Source: Fistulifera solaris (lineage: Eukaryota). Taken from it: a DNA stretch of 64,000 nt. A program made the position numbers and the translations under genes. Shown here one piece after another: positions 58,234-64,000 of this stretch (its first letter is position 1; each line of letters starts with the position of its first letter). The DNA lies in assembly GCA_030295235.1 (NCBI GenBank), contig AP026167.1, positions 496,001 to 560,000 on the forward strand, read 5' to 3'. The notes beneath the pieces were generated by a model, which saw only the letters and a list, made by a program, of their open reading frames with translations, ran no database searches and had not been told where the DNA came from.

Positions 58234-59586
58234 ATGAGACTCGTAACCGCTCTATTGACACTTGCTTCGGCATCTGCGTTCACTTTGTCACCGATGGGTC
58301 GCTCTGCTATGACCCAAAAGGTTTCTTCAACTCACTTATATGTTGCAAGGTATGTCATCGACGCCGTTGCAGTTGCCGTTGCACTTGGAATACATGATTT
58401 CTGAATAGCAGTCTAAATGATTTATTTTAGTGAGACCCACACAGTTAAGCAGGTTCCGCATGGCGGTGTTTTGGTTGATTTGATGGTCAAGGATGAAGCC
58501 GCAAAAAGGCTGCTCTTGCCAAAGCGACGGTCGAGCTTCAAGCTACCGAACGTCAGTTGTGCGATGTTGAGCTTATCATGAACGGAGGATTCTCTCCTTT
58601 GACTGGTTTCATGAATGAGCAGGAATACAAAAGTGTTGTAGAGAACATGGAGATGCCTGACGGAACTATTTTCGGACTTCCCGTTGTTTTCGACACCAAC
58701 GACGAAAACTTGATGCCTGGAACGACCATTGTGCTGAAGCAGGGCGACCTCCCCATTGCTACCGTCGAATTGACCGACAAGTACGTCCCGGACAAGCCGT
58801 TGGAGTGCCTAAAGTGCTACGGAACTTCCGCCATCGAACACCCTGGCGCACTCATGGTGGCGACAGAACGAGGCCGATACTACATGGGTGGAAAGGTCAC
58901 CGGCCTCAACCTTCCCGTTCGTGAATTCCCCTGCAAGACGCCCCAGGAAGTCCGTGCCGAGTTACCCGCTGACAAGGATGTTGTCGCCTTCCAGTGCCGT
59001 AACCCTGTTCACCGTGCTCACTACGAATTGTTCACTCGGGCTCTCGACGATCCGTTGGTTGGCGAAGGCGGTATCGTCTTGGTTCACCCCACTTGCGGTC
59101 CCACCCAGGCCGACGACATTCCCGGAACTGTCCGTTACAAGACGTACGAGGTCTTGAAAGAAGAAACGGCCAACCCCCGCGTCTTCTGGGAATACTTGCC
59201 CTACTCTATGCACATGGCGGGTCCCCGTGAGGCGATTCAGCACATGATCATCCGCAAGAACTTTGGATGCACTCATTTCATCATTGGACGCGACATGGCC
59301 GGAAGCAAGAGCAGTGTCACTGGAGAGGACTTTTACGGTGCCTATGATGCCCAAGACTTCGCTACCGCCAATGCCGAAAAGTTGGGTGTCACCCCCGTTC
59401 CATCCCCTCAACTTGGTTTACACCGAAGAGGAAGGCTACACTACCGCAGATTACGCCAAGGAGAAGGGATTGCATGAAAAGAAGTTGAGTGGAACCAAAT
59501 TCCGCCAAATGTTGCGAAGTGGAGAGGATATTCCCGAATGGTTCGCCTTCAAGAGCGTGGTGAAGGTTTTGCGTGAAAATGCCTAA
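58234..59586 (+). CDS. sat: Plastid-targeted ATP sulfurylase (sulfate adenylyltransferase)
   Basis: ASA-F presequence; PHGG, GGFSPLTGFM, FQCRNPVHRAH, AGPREA, GRDMAG, LSGTKFR; intron 58350-58430; homopolymer shifts near 58505 and 59405. Confidence 0.95.
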
Positions 59587-60222
59587 GTCATTGGGGTCGT
59601 TTCAGCTATGATTAACGTAAATTCACTTTGTTTGTCAACAAAAGAGTAATAAACTATGAGGTGAAGTAGGCGCTCACAAGTCACTCTGGCTACCCTGGTA
59701 GTGTCGGTTCTCCCTATTGATGACGTTTTGAATTGGTACCAGGTACGTTACAAACAACAATGGACGTCAGCGAGGCGAATGAAGCAAGCGAAAAGTTACA
59801 AGTATCGTCGAGCAAAAATGGACTTCTTGCGATTGCCAAATATTAGCCATCAGAAGTATAGGACAAAGTGTTGCCGTTCAATTTGATATGAAAAGATACG
59901 GAGTACTTTCGGAGATTGACTATGAAACGGAGTGAATAAAGTCATTATAATGATGAACCTTTATACAGTTTGTATGAGATGCTATATCCGTTCGGCATCA
60001 AATAATTACTCTGAATGACCGGCGAATCTGGTAGGAGGAATAAGTCATCGGGGCACTTTCGCAAAAGGCAAAACCTCCGAAGCCGACTTGGTAGGAAGCA
60101 CTGCATCAACAACAAGAAGACGACGAAGAAGAATATCTCACCAACTGCACCCTGTAAGTCGTTTTAGGTGGTCAGTGCACACCTTTGGCGACTGTATAAG
60201 CTGCTGTATTAAGCAATAAATC

Positions 60223-63200
60223 ATGGCAGGCAGTCCTCATGACTACGACGAGGATGGCAATCTCAAACTGCCGGCCTACTATGGAAAAAGCAATCTCGCG
60301 ATGTTGTTGGTGTTCATGCTAATGGCTGCCATGGGAGCTAGTATGCGCTTAGCCAAGCAAAACTACAATAGATCAACAGAAGGGAATTGGATATTAGCTG
60401 GAGCTTTAACTTCGCAGAGTGTTCAATTTAAAGTGCGCTTGAATGGAAACTATGGGCAACGATTCTTGGTTTCCAAAGAACCCATCGATGAGTATCAGGA
60501 AGGCTCGCCTTCTTATTTAATGGATGCTCCCTTGGAAAGTTTATTTACTCAACCGGACCCAACACAAGATTTTCTTTTGTACGGCTTGGAGCCTTCCCGA
60601 AGGTACTATTACGCACGAGTTGCACCAACTTTTGATTTGCTCCACCAGGGCTCGGTGCAAACGGCTCCACCGGACAATGTTCGATCGAATTTCACGTTTG
60701 TAACGACGGGTAGTGCATTCACAGGTTCACAGAATCCAGTGTTTGAGGAGATGGCGAAGGAAAATCCTTTGTTCTTTTTTAAAACTAGGCAACTTGCACT
60801 ATGGAGATGTCAGTGGTGAATTGGAGACGCGCATGAAATTCCTGGATCAAGTCATGGGAAGTACAACACAAGAGCAGCTTTATACTCAAGCGGCTTTCAG
60901 CTACATGTGGAATGATCGTGATTACCTTGGAGAAAACACACTTGGTGATGAGCCCGGACGAGAGGCCGCGCTCGAAAGTTACAAGTTTGCCATTCCCTCT
61001 CATCAACCACCAGAAGCTCCCCTTTATCAAGCTTACACAATCGGAACAGTGCGATTCATCATTTCTGACTTGCGCTCGGAAGCTACTGCGGATAGCATCA
61101 TGTCAGATACACAGCGGGAGTGGTTAAAAACAGAGCTATCGAAGGCAGGAGACTATGACTTTGTGATTTGGGTGACTCCGTCAACATGGATGGGTGATGT
61201 TGATTTGACGCAGAACGACTGGACAGGACGCCCGGTGGATCGTGTAGAATTTTCCAAATTCATCTCAGCATTACCCAGTCAAAACGTTCTTGCTTTGTCG
61301 GCTGGGACGGAGATGTTCGCCTTTGATGACGGCTCTCATACCGCACAAGGAAATTTCAGCCAGGGTCAGACAGTAATGTCGTTTCCACTTCTAATGTCTG
61401 GACCAGTAGATCGATTGGGTCGAGTTGTCGAGGCACGATACTCGGAGGGATGTTCAGCCTGGCTTTATGAACGCAACCATATTTATAGTGTCATAGAATT
61501 CAAAGAAAACGAAGAAACCCTTGAGCCATGTCTTCGGATTCACTCCTATCGCGTGACAGACGTGACCGGTGCGAAAGAGCTTCTTTTGGAAAAAGAAATG
61601 TGTGGGACAATCTTTAGTCCATTGAATCAAGATCCGGAAAGTGGTTCATGTCAAGCGGACAGGTTTAGCTCAAATGTCGAATTAATGGCTACCACTGCGG
61701 TGGGATTACTCGCTGCAAATGTTATTTTGGTGTTCTTCGTGGGAGATGGGTTCATCGGTGGTATTGTTATGATGATCATGACTCTTCTTGGTGTGATTGC
61801 GACTAGTGCGACAATGAGATACTTGCCATCCTTTTCATACAATGTCGACCAGTACGAGGCTTTCGTTGTTGCTTTGATTCTGAACATCCAGCTTGGTATG
61901 GAATTTTTATTCCTTCTTTGCTGGGCGAAATTTCACCATTTAATCCGTCCTAGTGACAGGAAGGAAAGAGATGCAGCGGAAACAGGTGTCAAAAAGGCGA
62001 AGAATTGGGTAGAACCCGATGTGGAAAGCAATCACCAGTCTGTCGAAAATGCTGCCACCTATGACGTTGAGGATGAAGACGAAGAGAACGACCAATTTCC
62101 AGAAACCAATGATGTTTACATGTTACCAATACTCGCAAATTCTCCTAGTTCTAGAAGATCAATGAGGTCAATCGGCAATTTTACCTTGGAAAAATCAAGT
62201 TCCGTTCCCTCTCGATTGACAGAAAAACCTCCATTACCCGAAGGAATTTCTGAATCTACTACAGAAGGAAGACCCAATCTTTCCGGAGCCCCACACTTGT
62301 TCAATAAACCAAAGTCGGTCCCATCGCATCTATCTGAGCATCCTCAGTCAACCGAGACAGTGCTCGAACAGAGGTCTGATGGTCGTCCAGCTGATCAATC
62401 CAGTGATTTAGGTAATACATATCCATCACTTCCACCGCAACGTTCTCATGCTTCACGAAATCAAACAACTGCTCCTCGGCATGAATATTCTTCATCTCTT
62501 GCGCGGCGTCCTCGACCAATAGAGCCTACAACAAACAATTATGGGCGATCTGTTACAAAAAGTCAGAAGAAGCGCGATTCATCCCTTTTGGCTCTTGTTG
62601 CTCTTATTCAGGAGAATGCTAGGCGAACGAGTGATTCGCCACGAGGAAGAGATCCAGAGCCTTGTCAAAGTGGAGCTTCGAGAGTGTCTTTGGGGCGAGG
62701 TTCGACAAGTCCTGGCGACCCCATGAGTGATGCCTCGTTCCAGTCCACCTTTGAAACTGAAGAGGATAGCATGAGGAACGACGGTGTCGCTGATGCTACT
62801 TTTGACCCAGAGGCAGATGGACTGATTGAAAACGAGTCATACGACGATTTTGAAACGTCTTCCGACAATGACACACCTTCTGTCACTACATCGGACGAAA
62901 CGTTTGACGATGAGTTTAATACGCAAAGTCGTATACTTTTGGATCCTGAGGATGGCTCAAGCGCTGACGACACATCCGTGGAAAGTGAAGCGAGTGACGT
63001 AGAAAGTTTTTTGGATCGAAATAATGCAATTAAGAACAGTCGGCTCGAACCCGAAGAATTTCCGATATCACCAGAAGCAGAGAGTGAATCCAGTGGTGCC
63101 GAGAGTGTATCTGAAGATGAAAGCACAACTGCGGACACGAAAGGTCGTTTAGAGCCGGGAGAGTATTTATTACAGACTGAAAACGAATGCAGCATGGCAG

Positions 63201-63962
63201 AGTTTGCAATCGAGAACGAATTCTCTGATGAGTCAGAAGAGTCTGCAGTAGGTAGTGAAACGTCGGAGGATTCGACGTTCGAAACTATGTTAAATGCTAG
63301 AGAAGCTCCCCCCTGTGCTGGCTGATGAAGGGGGCGAGGATGGATTGATCGAAAGCGGCGAAGAAGCTGATGACGACCAATCCGTTGACTCCTTGCCCAC
63401 TGCTTTCCGGGAGGAACGACCTCGAATGCAAGAGCCACCCGACCAACTTATTGATCCCCGGGATCTTGAAGAAGAGGATGATCAAGCCGAAATGGTTAGC
63501 GACGATAGTAATGAGTCGGCCAAAGGCAGCATGTCAGGAGAAGATCCCACCATTGTCTCTGATGGTGATGTCAGCAAGGTAATTGAAACCGTTGAGGCTG
63601 AAGCGTTTACAGATGAAAGCGGATCGGCGGTCATTGATCTAGAGTCCGCCTCAGATCAAACATCTAGTAGAAACTTAGACCTGGAATTGGGAGCTCCCAT
63701 GACAACACTTGCCGACGCGGCCACAATAACGCCGGGAAAATCTGATCACGACACGGATGAAGCAACAATGAGCGTAGATGAGGAGAGCTACATGGAGGAG
63801 CCTACTTTCAAATCTGAAGAAATGGAAATCACTTTTACCAAAAGTGAATCGGCGGACGAAGATTCTGCCGTTGCTGACAGCGAGGCAAGCTTTGAAGAGC
63901 ACATGCGCCGCAGTTTACATCCTTTTCCAGAATCCCCACGGAGAATTGCCGTCGATCCCTAG
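60223..63962 (+). CDS. PhoD alkaline-phosphatase-like membrane protein with degenerate metal ligands and long acidic tail
   Basis: N-terminal TM; FN3-like 'GLEPSRRYYY'; PhoD-like core 'ISDLRS', 'QREWLK', 'DW'; three TMs; acidic tail; three ORFs join at homopolymers near 60780 and 63310. Confidence 0.7.
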
Positions 63963-64000
63963 AGGAGTGAACACAGTATCGGAATTACTAATCCACAGGA

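Noticed and set aside
5219..59586. Programmed ribosomal frameshifting or mass pseudogenisation
   Set aside because: Shifts go in both directions, sit in generic homopolymers with no shared slippery motif, and hit essential genes; assembly error is simpler.

Overview
Gene-dense eukaryotic nuclear DNA, very likely a pennate diatom: short GT-AG introns (about 60-120 nt), bipartite plastid-targeting presequences with ASAF-type cleavage motifs, and diatom-typical uncharacterised families. I count about 30 protein-coding loci. They include TFE-beta-type thiolase, serine acetyltransferase, CDPK, Gfo/Idh/MocA oxidoreductase, an OEP24-like beta-barrel protein plus its pseudogene, SDHB, a CobW/COG0523 GTPase, an MFS transporter, plastid ATP sulfurylase, a PhoD-like membrane protein, two GT92/GT-A-like proteins and a sulfotransferase. 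Many genes are broken by single-base indels in homopolymers, most simply explained as long-read assembly error. No rRNA, tRNA, CRISPR array or transposase was recognised. The most notable unexplained signals are: a dispersed bipartite ~48-bp intergenic motif, often recurring at ~200-bp spacing; a small hairpin/MITE-like element present twice; a structured, unusually long intron; a conserved GC-AG intron; and likely pseudo-enzymes (PhoD-like, YqgF-like). All family calls are by-eye motif recognition, not database searches. I cannot confirm a wholly new biological system from sequence alone.
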